From assembly GCA_007132725.1 (NCBI GenBank), contig SLOD01000084.1, positions 1-52,625 on the forward strand: a DNA stretch of 52,625 nucleotides, read 5' to 3'. Made by a program: the position numbers and the translations under genes. Numbering within the stretch: position 1 is the stretch's first letter; each line of letters opens with the position of its first letter. Shown here piece after piece: positions 28,067 through 36,126 of the stretch. Under the pieces are notes generated by a model. It did no database searches, was not told where the DNA came from, and saw only the letters and a list, made by a program, of their open reading frames with translations. This DNA is from Candidatus Sumerlaeota bacterium. GTDB lineage: Bacteria; UBP6; UBA1177.

Positions 28067-29541
28067 TGTTTCTTAAATATCTGAATTCTGTTTTTTGAGC
28101 TGGCATCAACCACATAGATATAATCGTTATCAACAGCTATTCCCTTAGGGTCGAACAAATTGTAACCGCTTTCAGAAGAGAACCCGATCCCATCTTCGCC
28201 CCAGGCTGAAATAAACTCTCCGTCACTATCATAGCTCATCACCATTTTTCTGGTGTTATAGGTAACATATGAAGTGCCGTCAGAACCAATGGCAACGGCA
28301 TAGGGGTAAACTTTTTCTTCAACACAGTTGTTAACTCTGCCATAACTTCTGATATGATCCCCGCTATTGGAAAACACCTGAATCCGGCAGTTTTTTGAAT
28401 CAGCTATGTGGACATTTCCTTCACTGTCAATATCAATTCCTTTAGGGTCAATACAGCTTCCGTCACCCACTCCGTAGCCCCCTACTTTTTTAATAAGCAG
28501 TCCGCTATCCAAGTCATAAACATCAAAACAGGCATCAAAACCATTGCTGACATAAATTAGATTATCATCCCCTGAGGCCAACCCGAAAGGGGCTTGAATA
28601 AGTCTGTTATAAAAAGTTCCTCCGGATTCATATTGAAATGAAGGATATTGTGCTTTAAATGTTCCATCCAACAATATCTCAACAAGCTTCGAGTGTTTAT
28701 AGTCCCCGTCTTCTTGTTTGCCGAGATCTCCAAGCAATATTGTATCTCCTGCCACTGTTATTGAGGCAAGCTCATTTACCGGCACGCTGTAGCTGCCGTC
28801 CCTCCAATCGGAAGAGTTCCACCAGTCAAGAACAGTTCCTGTTTTATCAAGCTTTACTAAAGCATTGTTCGTGTCTATAGTTACATAGATCGCATTTTCA
28901 TATATAGTTATCCCTGAAGGGCGTCCCTGTATGTAACCACCTTCGGGCCGTCCTATTTCTTTTTCTGTAAGATCTTTTTTGAATTCGGTGCACTTGCCGA
29001 CACCGCTCCATTCACCGTTAATACAAACAAGTAGTTGACCACTATTTTCAGAACTCTCTTCCTCCCGGCATTCACCGATCTTCTCTCTTCCGTCAAGACA
29101 TCCGCAAACCCCAACATCTTTCCAATTTCCGTCTTCACATACTTTTTTCTGGTAAAGGTCATTTCCCGACTCATCTTCTCCGCAAATGAAGATCAATTCC
29201 TCCCCTTCCTGGAAAGTTTTTTCGACAAATTCTCCTCCTTCGTAAACTTCAGCAACACAATAGTCTGCAGTCCAATTATCATCATCGGGTTCAACATTTA
29301 CAATATCGTCATCATTGCTCGCTCCGTTGCCGTTGCTGTCATTGTTTTCTTTTTCATCGGGAAAAACTTCAACCGCATCGGAATCATTAACCTCTCCGTT
29401 GGCAACGGTATCTTTATCTGCGAACTCTTCTTCCAGCAATGGTTCATCTTTTATGCATCCGGAAAAAGAAAAAAACAGCAGGGCCATTAAAAATATAAAG
29501 TTTTGGGATAGCACTTGAAATCTCTGGTTTTGTCTCAACAT
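28063..29541 (-). CDS. NHL-repeat beta-propeller lipoprotein with acidic linker and two 4-Cys modules
   Basis: GGAGG RBS, lipobox FSGC, D/N-rich linker, NHL repeats (PFGLA, PKGIDIDSEGNVHIADSKNCRIQVF, PYAVA, PKGIAVD..YVVD..NRIQIF). Confidence 0.85.
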   Translation of the reverse strand: MLRQNQRFQVLSQNFIFLMALLFFSFSGCIKDEPLLEEEFADKDTVANGEVNDSDAVEVFPDEKENNDSNGNGASNDDDIVNVEPDDDNWTADYCVAEVYEGGEFVEKTFQEGEELIFICGEDESGNDLYQKKVCEDGNWKDVGVCGCLDGREKIGECREEESSENSGQLLVCINGEWSGVGKCTEFKKDLTEKEIGRPEGGYIQGRPSGITIYENAIYVTIDTNNALVKLDKTGTVLDWWNSSDWRDGSYSVPVNELASITVAGDTILLGDLGKQEDGDYKHSKLVEILLDGTFKAQYPSFQYESGGTFYNRLIQAPFGLASGDDNLIYVSNGFDACFDVYDLDSGLLIKKVGGYGVGDGSCIDPKGIDIDSEGNVHIADSKNCRIQVFSNSGDHIRSYGRVNNCVEEKVYPYAVAIGSDGTSYVTYNTRKMVMSYDSDGEFISAWGEDGIGFSSESGYNLFDPKGIAVDNDYIYVVDASSKNRIQIFKKH

Positions 29542-29700
29542 TTGAGCCTCCTGAACATCTTATATTAAAAAGCTGACCGCCATCAGGCGGACAGATAAAG
29601 GTTACCGATAAGAAATTGCTTTGTAAAGAACTTCAAAAAACTTTGTTTTGCAACTGAAAGGATATGCTTGCTTTGTTAACACAGGTTATGAAATCTTTCT

Positions 29701-29729
29701 TTGACTTTTTTTAAACAAACTCATAGAAT
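29701..29729 (+). promoter_or_regulatory. sigma70-type promoter for the folP-cdaA-cdaR-glmM-acpS operon
   Basis: TTGACT (29701-29706), 17-bp spacer, TAGAAT (29724-29729). Confidence 0.6.
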
Positions 29730-29761
29730 TATCCACCAGTGATGTGAAAAAGGGTGTTTTT

Positions 29762-30958
29762 ATGCAGGTTTTCCCTTTCGAGCTTAAAGATGACGAGTAT
29801 GCTCCACTTATGGACTCTCTTGAAGTGTCCTGCAGTGGTATTTCGATCATGCACGGGCGCTTCAATACAAAAACATTCATGATAACAGATATTTCAACTC
29901 CTGCGGCAAATGTTGTGAAACAACATGTTCTTGCAATAGGTGGAGAAGCGGCGGTTCCGGCATATTCTGTAAATTGTTCAAAGCCTAAATGTGATCTTAT
30001 CTTTTCTGTCAGAGAAGACAGGCTTTCTCTGCTTCTTGAAAAATTCAGGATGCAATGCTGGAAATTACCTGAAGTTGCAAATATTATTGAAAACTATTTG
30101 AAAAACAAAGCCCCTTGGTTTTCTTTCAGGAATAAAAACATAGATACATCAAGACCTCTTGTAATGGGGATACTCAATGTCACCCCGGATTCTTTTTCTG
30201 ATGGAGGGAAGTATAATGATGTTGAAAAAGCTGTTATAAAAGCAGAAGAAATGATACAGCAAGGTGTTGATATCATTGATGTTGGAGGAGAGTCAACCCG
30301 CCCTGGCTCGAAACCGGTTGATGTGGAAGAAGAAGTATCGAGAGTCATTCCTGTCATTTCAGAAATAAAAAAAAGGTATCCTGCCATACCGGTTTCTGTT
30401 GACACTACTAAAAGTATTGTTGCCGCAAAATCAATAGATATGGGAGCAGACATGGTAAACGATATAAGCGGCTTGAGTTTTGACAGCAAAATGGGTGATT
30501 TGTGTGCAAAAAAAGGGGTGCCTGTAATACTTATGCACATTCAAAAAACACCTAAAACTATGCAGGCATCTCCTGAATATGCCAAACTTCTTCCGGAAAT
30601 GCTCGGTTTTCTTCAAAACAGTATTGCCAAAGCAACAGAGGCAGGAATAAAAAAAGAAAAAATAATTATAGATCCCGGCATAGGATTTGGTAAAACAACA
30701 GAACACAACCTCTTTATAATCAAGCATCTTGAAGCATTTCAAATATTTGGGTTTCCGCTGATGGTAGGGGTTAGCAGAAAGTCGGTGATAGGGGATGTAA
30801 CAGGGATAAAAAATCCTTCCGAAAGAATTACAGGAACAATAGTTTTAAATTTTTTGAGTATTCAAAAAGGAGTTGCTATAATAAGATGTCATGATGTCAA
30901 AGAAGCGAAAGATAGCCTTGACATTTTTTCTGCATTAGAGGGGTCGAAATGCTTTTAA
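29762..30958 (+). CDS. folP: dihydropteroate synthase with N-terminal extension
   Basis: VMGILNVTPDSFSDGG, DVGGESTRPG, SVDT, NDISG, LMH, DPGIGFGKT, SRKS, RCHDV. About 130 extra N-terminal residues; start is 29762 or 29744. Confidence 0.95.
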   Translation: MQVFPFELKDDEYAPLMDSLEVSCSGISIMHGRFNTKTFMITDISTPAANVVKQHVLAIGGEAAVPAYSVNCSKPKCDLIFSVREDRLSLLLEKFRMQCWKLPEVANIIENYLKNKAPWFSFRNKNIDTSRPLVMGILNVTPDSFSDGGKYNDVEKAVIKAEEMIQQGVDIIDVGGESTRPGSKPVDVEEEVSRVIPVISEIKKRYPAIPVSVDTTKSIVAAKSIDMGADMVNDISGLSFDSKMGDLCAKKGVPVILMHIQKTPKTMQASPEYAKLLPEMLGFLQNSIAKATEAGIKKEKIIIDPGIGFGKTTEHNLFIIKHLEAFQIFGFPLMVGVSRKSVIGDVTGIKNPSERITGTIVLNFLSIQKGVAIIRCHDVKEAKDSLDIFSALEGSKCF

Positions 30959-31749
30959 ATTATTTTGGGGCTGTTATTGGTGCTATATGGGGCGGATCTC
31001 CTACTGCTTTTCTGATAAGACTTCTCGATTTTTTTATAGTTTATGTCATTTTTTACAGATTTCTTGTTCTTGTCAAAGGGACGAGATCTATGCAGATACT
31101 TTCCGGTTTTTTCCTTCTTCTTCTTCTGTACCTTCTTGGAACTCAGCTTGGTCTGAAAACAACGGAATGGCTGCTTAGGGGTATTTTTGCCAATATTTTT
31201 ATAATTATTATAGTTCTGTTTCACGAAGAGATCAGAACCATACTTTCGGGGTTTGAACTTTTTGATATATTTAAAGGAGGAGCCGGAAAAAGAGATACTA
31301 TTTTTATGGTTGATGAAATAACCGAAGCTCTTTCACACCTTGCTTCGGTTCATGAAGGAGCCTTAATGGTTATCTCTCAAAAAGGAAACCCCGAAGCATT
31401 TGTAACAGGTGGTGTTCCGATAGATGCAAAAGTGAAAAAAGAACTTTTGCTTACTATTTTTGCTAAAAAGTCTCCACTGCATGACGGAGCTGTTATAATT
31501 AAAGACAGCAGAATAACTCTTGCCAGTGCAGTGCTTCCTTTGAGTACAAATCCAAACATCGATCCCAACTTCGGAACAAGGCACAGAGCTGCTTACGGAA
31601 TCAGTGAGCAGGTTGACAGCTTGGTTTTTGTGGTGAGTGAAGAAAGAGGGCAGATATCAATGCTGAACAATGGTCGTATAACCAGAAATATGAGCAAAGA
31701 TATGGTACGGAAAGTTCTTACAGCATATTTAATAAAGGAAAAGAAATGA
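30949..31749 (+). CDS. cdaA: membrane-bound diadenylate cyclase CdaA (DacA)
   Basis: Three N-terminal TMs, DAC domain with SPLHDGA and GTRHRAA catalytic motifs, VVSEERG. Confidence 0.95.
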   Translation: MLLNYFGAVIGAIWGGSPTAFLIRLLDFFIVYVIFYRFLVLVKGTRSMQILSGFFLLLLLYLLGTQLGLKTTEWLLRGIFANIFIIIIVLFHEEIRTILSGFELFDIFKGGAGKRDTIFMVDEITEALSHLASVHEGALMVISQKGNPEAFVTGGVPIDAKVKKELLLTIFAKKSPLHDGAVIIKDSRITLASAVLPLSTNPNIDPNFGTRHRAAYGISEQVDSLVFVVSEERGQISMLNNGRITRNMSKDMVRKVLTAYLIKEKK

Positions 31750-32663
31750 ATGACAAGATAAAAAGATTTTTTACTGAGTATTCAAGAGAAAAAATTCTTG
31801 CACTGTTTCTGACTCTTTTGATTTGGCTTTTTATGATAAGTGGAACACGGGAAGTGAAAGATTTTACTGTTGCAGTTGAAGTGACTTCCAATGACGACAT
31901 CGTGCTGGTCTCAGAAATAGTGGAAAAAGTGCATGTGAAGGTTTCCGGCAGTCTTTTTGCTTTTGCGAGGATCAGGGAAGAAGATCTTAAAATAAAAATA
32001 GATATTTCTACCAAAAAACCGGGAATTCATACCAGATTTTTAGACTCTTCAATGATGCCTTTTGGTGATGGAATAAAAACAGAAAATATATTTCCGTCAG
32101 AGCTGGTTTTTAAGGTTTCAAAGAAAGCTGAAAAAGTAGTGTCTGTTGAGCCGTGGCTTGAAGGACAGCCCCCGCTCGGTTGGAAAATTTCAGGATGGAG
32201 CATAACTCCTGAGCAAATACTGGTAGAGGGTCCTGAAAATGAAATAGAAGAACTTGAAATAATATCAACAGAAAGGATATTTTTAAGCTCAATAAAAGGT
32301 ACTGTTGAAAAAACAGTAAAAGCCCACAGTGCGGTTCCTTTCATTAAACCGGTAGAGGATGTTCCTATCACAGTGAAAATAGAACTTGAAAGGGACATGG
32401 ATATAAGAATGTTTTCAAAAGTTCCAATAAACCTTGACAGTGGAAAAGAAGCGGAAATAACCCCTTTGGAGATTTCATTTAGACTTAAGGGACCTAAAGA
32501 TATCCTTCAAAAAATGGAGCAGGAAAAAGTTAAAGCATATATCAAAGATCAGCCGGACAAGAAAAGTTTCAAAACAGATTCTTTTTATATAAAAGATCTC
32601 CATGAAGAAGTTGAGCTTTTAGGGCTTGATAAAGCTCTTGAAATCAGCGTTATAAAAAAATAA
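31746..32663 (+). CDS. cdaR: CdaR/YbbR-family diadenylate cyclase regulator
   Basis: N-terminal TM (KILALFLTLLIW), repeated YbbR-like beta domains (V.VSG, P..I.VEGP); between cdaA and glmM. Confidence 0.85.
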   Translation: MNDKIKRFFTEYSREKILALFLTLLIWLFMISGTREVKDFTVAVEVTSNDDIVLVSEIVEKVHVKVSGSLFAFARIREEDLKIKIDISTKKPGIHTRFLDSSMMPFGDGIKTENIFPSELVFKVSKKAEKVVSVEPWLEGQPPLGWKISGWSITPEQILVEGPENEIEELEIISTERIFLSSIKGTVEKTVKAHSAVPFIKPVEDVPITVKIELERDMDIRMFSKVPINLDSGKEAEITPLEISFRLKGPKDILQKMEQEKVKAYIKDQPDKKSFKTDSFYIKDLHEEVELLGLDKALEISVIKK

Positions 32664-32664
32664 A

Positions 32665-34005
32665 ATGAAAAAAAAACTATTTGGCACAGATGGGATAAGA
32701 GGTACTGCTGACAAACATCCTTTAACTCCTGGATCTGTAATAAAAGCAGGAAGGTCTTTTGCCCTTTTTTTTAAAAAAAAGAATAATAAAAAAAATATCC
32801 GTGCTGTTATAGGGATGGATCCCAGACTGTCTTCAGAAACACTTTCAAATGCTGTCATTTCAGGGATACAGAGCGGGGGATGTGATACACTTTTTCTCGG
32901 TGTTGTCCCTACTCCTTTTGTAAGTCTTTTTGTTAAAGAGAGCGGTTTTGATTTTGGTGTTGTCATTTCTGCCAGCCACAACCCTTTTTATGATAACGGG
33001 ATAAAATTATTCAACAGGTGTGGTACTAAACTGAAAGATGATGAAGAGCTCGAAATAGAATCGATATACTTTAGTGACCCCGAAGGCGACAAAGACACAG
33101 GAATATCTATAACGGCAAGAAATATAAAGGAAAAATACTTAGGTTTTGTAAGTGAAAAGTTTGAGCCGGTACTGAAAAACAGTAATTTCAAACTCTCTAT
33201 TGACTGTGCAAATGGAGCAATGTCCCCCTATGTTGCCGATATATTTGGTTCTTTTAAGGGGATAGAAGCCACTGTTTATTCAAATAAGCCTGATGGGAGA
33301 AATATAAATGAAAACTGCGGTGCACTTTACCCTGAAAAGCTTTCTGAAAAAGTCCTTGAAAACAGAAGTGATGCTGGAATTGCTTATGACGGAGACGGAG
33401 ACCGTCTTATAATGACCGATGAAAACGGGAAAGTTGTTGACGGGGATGAGCTGATAGGAGTTGTCGCAGTTTATCTTAAATCAAAAGGTCTGTTAAGCAA
33501 CGATATTGCCGTTACAACGGTTATGAGTAATGCAGGTCTTGAAAATTATCTGAAAAAAAATGGAATATCAATGATAAGAGCAGGGGTAGGGGACAGATAT
33601 GTCTTTGAAAAAATGGAAGAAACCGGTGCTGTATTAGGGGGAGAGAACAGTGGTCACATTATTTATACTGGAATAAGCCCTACGGGAGACGGGCTTGCAG
33701 CATCGCTTCTCATTCTTCAAATAATGACAGAAACAGGCAAAAAACTTTCAGAACTGGTTGAAGATATTGAGCTTTATCCTCAGATTCTTGAAAAACTGAA
33801 AGTAAAAGAAAAAGTTCCTTTGGAAAAAATAGATGGACTTTCCGGTATTCTCGAAAAAGAAGAATCTCTTCTTAAGGGTGGAAGGGTCCTTATAAGATAC
33901 AGCGGTACTGAACCTGTAATGAGAATTATGGCGGAAGGCCCTGATAGTTTACAAGTTAGAAGCTCAGTTGACAATCTTCTTGATTTTTTAAGGAAAAAGG
34001 TGTGA
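32665..34005 (+). CDS. glmM: phosphoglucosamine mutase
   Basis: LFGTDGIRG, ISASHNP, DGDGDR, VGDRYV, GGENSGH, RYSGTEP. Confidence 0.96.
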   Translation: MKKKLFGTDGIRGTADKHPLTPGSVIKAGRSFALFFKKKNNKKNIRAVIGMDPRLSSETLSNAVISGIQSGGCDTLFLGVVPTPFVSLFVKESGFDFGVVISASHNPFYDNGIKLFNRCGTKLKDDEELEIESIYFSDPEGDKDTGISITARNIKEKYLGFVSEKFEPVLKNSNFKLSIDCANGAMSPYVADIFGSFKGIEATVYSNKPDGRNINENCGALYPEKLSEKVLENRSDAGIAYDGDGDRLIMTDENGKVVDGDELIGVVAVYLKSKGLLSNDIAVTTVMSNAGLENYLKKNGISMIRAGVGDRYVFEKMEETGAVLGGENSGHIIYTGISPTGDGLAASLLILQIMTETGKKLSELVEDIELYPQILEKLKVKEKVPLEKIDGLSGILEKEESLLKGGRVLIRYSGTEPVMRIMAEGPDSLQVRSSVDNLLDFLRKKV

Positions 34006-34006
34006 T

Positions 34007-34339
34007 TTGATTGCCGGAACAGGAATAGACATTGTTGAAATCGAGAGACTTAAAGGAAAAACGGATCTCTGGAAAAAATTTCTGTCTCCAAAAGATTTTG
34101 AGTATATTGAAAAATTTAAAGATCCCTCAGAAAGAGTTGCCGGTTTCTGGGCGGCAAAAGAGGCACTTGTCAAGGCACTTGATGACAAAACCATTGAATT
34201 TACAGAAATAAATATTGCCCACAATGAAAACGGAAAACCATATTTTGAAAATGTCCACATAGAAGGAAAACTTCACCTTTCCATAAGCCATGAGCGAAAC
34301 TATGCAACTGCCATTGTAGTGTGGGAAAAAGAGAAATGA
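34007..34339 (+). CDS. acpS: holo-[acyl-carrier-protein] synthase
   Basis: GTGIDIVEIER, WAAKEA, NGKP, LSISHE. Confidence 0.93.
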   Translation: MIAGTGIDIVEIERLKGKTDLWKKFLSPKDFEYIEKFKDPSERVAGFWAAKEALVKALDDKTIEFTEINIAHNENGKPYFENVHIEGKLHLSISHERNYATAIVVWEKEK

Positions 34340-35190
34340 TCTACAAAGGTGCTTTTTTTTGTGATCTGGATGGTACTCTTGCAAAAAACAACGGCTCTAT
34401 TTCACTTGAAGACAAGGCTGTTTTTGAGAAGCTTAAAGACAACAATATTCTAAGAGTTATTGTTACAGGGAGATCTCCCTATTCTGCCGATAAAGTGATT
34501 GACGCTTCTTTTCCGATAGATTATCTTGTCTGCTCAACCGGGTGTGCTGTTTTCAAGTGGCCTGAAAAAGATCTTGTTGAAAAACATGGTTTGACAGAAA
34601 AAGAAGTGAATGTTGCCGCAGATGCTTTAAGGAAAAGAAAAATTGACTTCATGGTACTTGATGAAGTTCCTCAAAACCATAAGTTTTCTGCTCATATTTA
34701 CAACAATCCTCATCCGGACATACTTAGGCGGTTTAAGATATACGAAGGTTTTTATGTTGAGAAAGATTATTATTCAGAAATAAAAAACCCCGCCTGTCAA
34801 CTTATAGGGGTAACGGTCCCGGAAAAAGACCCTGTGGAAGAACTTGCTGAGGAACTGAAAAGCCTGAAAGTTCTTAAAGCAACATCTCCTCTTGACGGTT
34901 GTTCGATCTGGACAGAGATATATCCGAAACATGTTTCAAAAGGAATTGCCGCAAAAAAGCTATGTGAAAAATTGAACATAGATATTGAAAAAACTGCAGG
35001 GGTTGGCAATGACTATAATGACATTGACTTGCTTGAGACAGTGGAAATCTCTTGTGTAGTATCCAACGCTCCGGATATTATGAAACAAAAATACAACACA
35101 GTTCCAAAATGCGGAGAGCTTGGAGTAAAAGAAGCTGCTGAAAAATTTATTTCTTTTCTTCAGACTTCTTCTTTTCCTTTTCCGGCTTAG
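34336..35190 (+). CDS. HAD-superfamily (Cof-type IIB) phosphatase
   Basis: DLDGTL, TGR, SKG, GNDYND. ATGA overlap with the acpS stop. Confidence 0.88.
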   Translation: MIYKGAFFCDLDGTLAKNNGSISLEDKAVFEKLKDNNILRVIVTGRSPYSADKVIDASFPIDYLVCSTGCAVFKWPEKDLVEKHGLTEKEVNVAADALRKRKIDFMVLDEVPQNHKFSAHIYNNPHPDILRRFKIYEGFYVEKDYYSEIKNPACQLIGVTVPEKDPVEELAEELKSLKVLKATSPLDGCSIWTEIYPKHVSKGIAAKKLCEKLNIDIEKTAGVGNDYNDIDLLETVEISCVVSNAPDIMKQKYNTVPKCGELGVKEAAEKFISFLQTSSFPFPA

Positions 35191-36028
35191 TGCTTTCTTT
35201 TTTTTCTTCCGGAGCTGGGGAAGGAGCTTTTACTTCCGGTTCTTTATCAAGAGAAGGCATCTGAATTTCTTTATATTTTGAGGGGACAGAAAACTTGTCT
35301 TTGGGAACTTCAACTTTTTCAAATGAAACGAGGGTGTTTGTAAAAACAGTTTTATTGTTTTCTATGGCCCTGTGAACAACAGGTACTCCCAGCTCTTTAA
35401 TATTGTTCCATGCTGAAATTCCTTCCTGATCATTTATGGCAAAATCTGTGGATATCTGCCGAAGTTTGTCAAGTTCATCAACAGAACATTTAAGGTCTTT
35501 TGCCATGACAGTACAAAGCTCTTCCGTTTTTACTTTTCCTGACATCCCGTCATAGAGAATGCACGGCAGGTCATTCCACTTTTCCTTTTTTCCCGTTTTT
35601 ATGTATTTTACAGGGACACTTTCAGTCTCGCCCATTATTTCTTTCATTTGTGCCTCTACCTGCTTTCTTTGTTCTTCTGAAAGGCCCTGAAGTGCCGCTT
35701 TTTGTTGCTCTATTATCATATCCATGTGTGCTTTTATCTGTGCTTTTGAGTCATCTATTTGCTTTTTTGTGAGTTTTATCCATGACTTTTCTTTGTGATT
35801 GATAATAGTAACTTCTTTTTTTTCAAGGTCATAGATAATCGATTGATCTCCTTCGTCATCTGTGTCAACCCGTATCTTTTCTCCTGCTATAAGCAAAACT
35901 CCGGAAGCTTTTTGGTTATTAATGTGATCTACACTTTCTGTAATGATCTTTATCCCCTTTTCTCCTTCTCCGTAAATATAAAATGACAAAAGTATAGTCA
36001 TTAAAAAAATTAATTTTTTTAAATTCAT
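35147..36028 (-). CDS. exported DUF4412-like protein
   Basis: GGAGG RBS, signal peptide, KIRVD..IIYD..INHKEKSW, helical insert, KTGK..C..Y, FSVPSKYKE. The family call is by motif resemblance only. Confidence 0.6.
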   Translation of the reverse strand: MNLKKLIFLMTILLSFYIYGEGEKGIKIITESVDHINNQKASGVLLIAGEKIRVDTDDEGDQSIIYDLEKKEVTIINHKEKSWIKLTKKQIDDSKAQIKAHMDMIIEQQKAALQGLSEEQRKQVEAQMKEIMGETESVPVKYIKTGKKEKWNDLPCILYDGMSGKVKTEELCTVMAKDLKCSVDELDKLRQISTDFAINDQEGISAWNNIKELGVPVVHRAIENNKTVFTNTLVSFEKVEVPKDKFSVPSKYKEIQMPSLDKEPEVKAPSPAPEEKKESTKPEKEKKKSEEKK

Positions 36029-36126
36029 CTTTTCCTCCATGCCAAAAATCATAAACGCAACACGATGGTATCAGAAACAGTAACAAAAAACACTAATAAT
36101 TAAAAAATTTTTTTTAAATTGGTGTT

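Noticed and set aside
29729-29737. DnaA box TTATCCACC at the folP promoter
   Set aside because: A single 8/9 match to the E. coli consensus that does not fit the TCAACA variant at the origin; expected by chance.
35147-35190. 44-bp convergent overlap of the HAD and DUF4412-like genes as antisense regulation
   Set aside because: Both overlapping tails are low-complexity, and short convergent overlaps are common in compact genomes.
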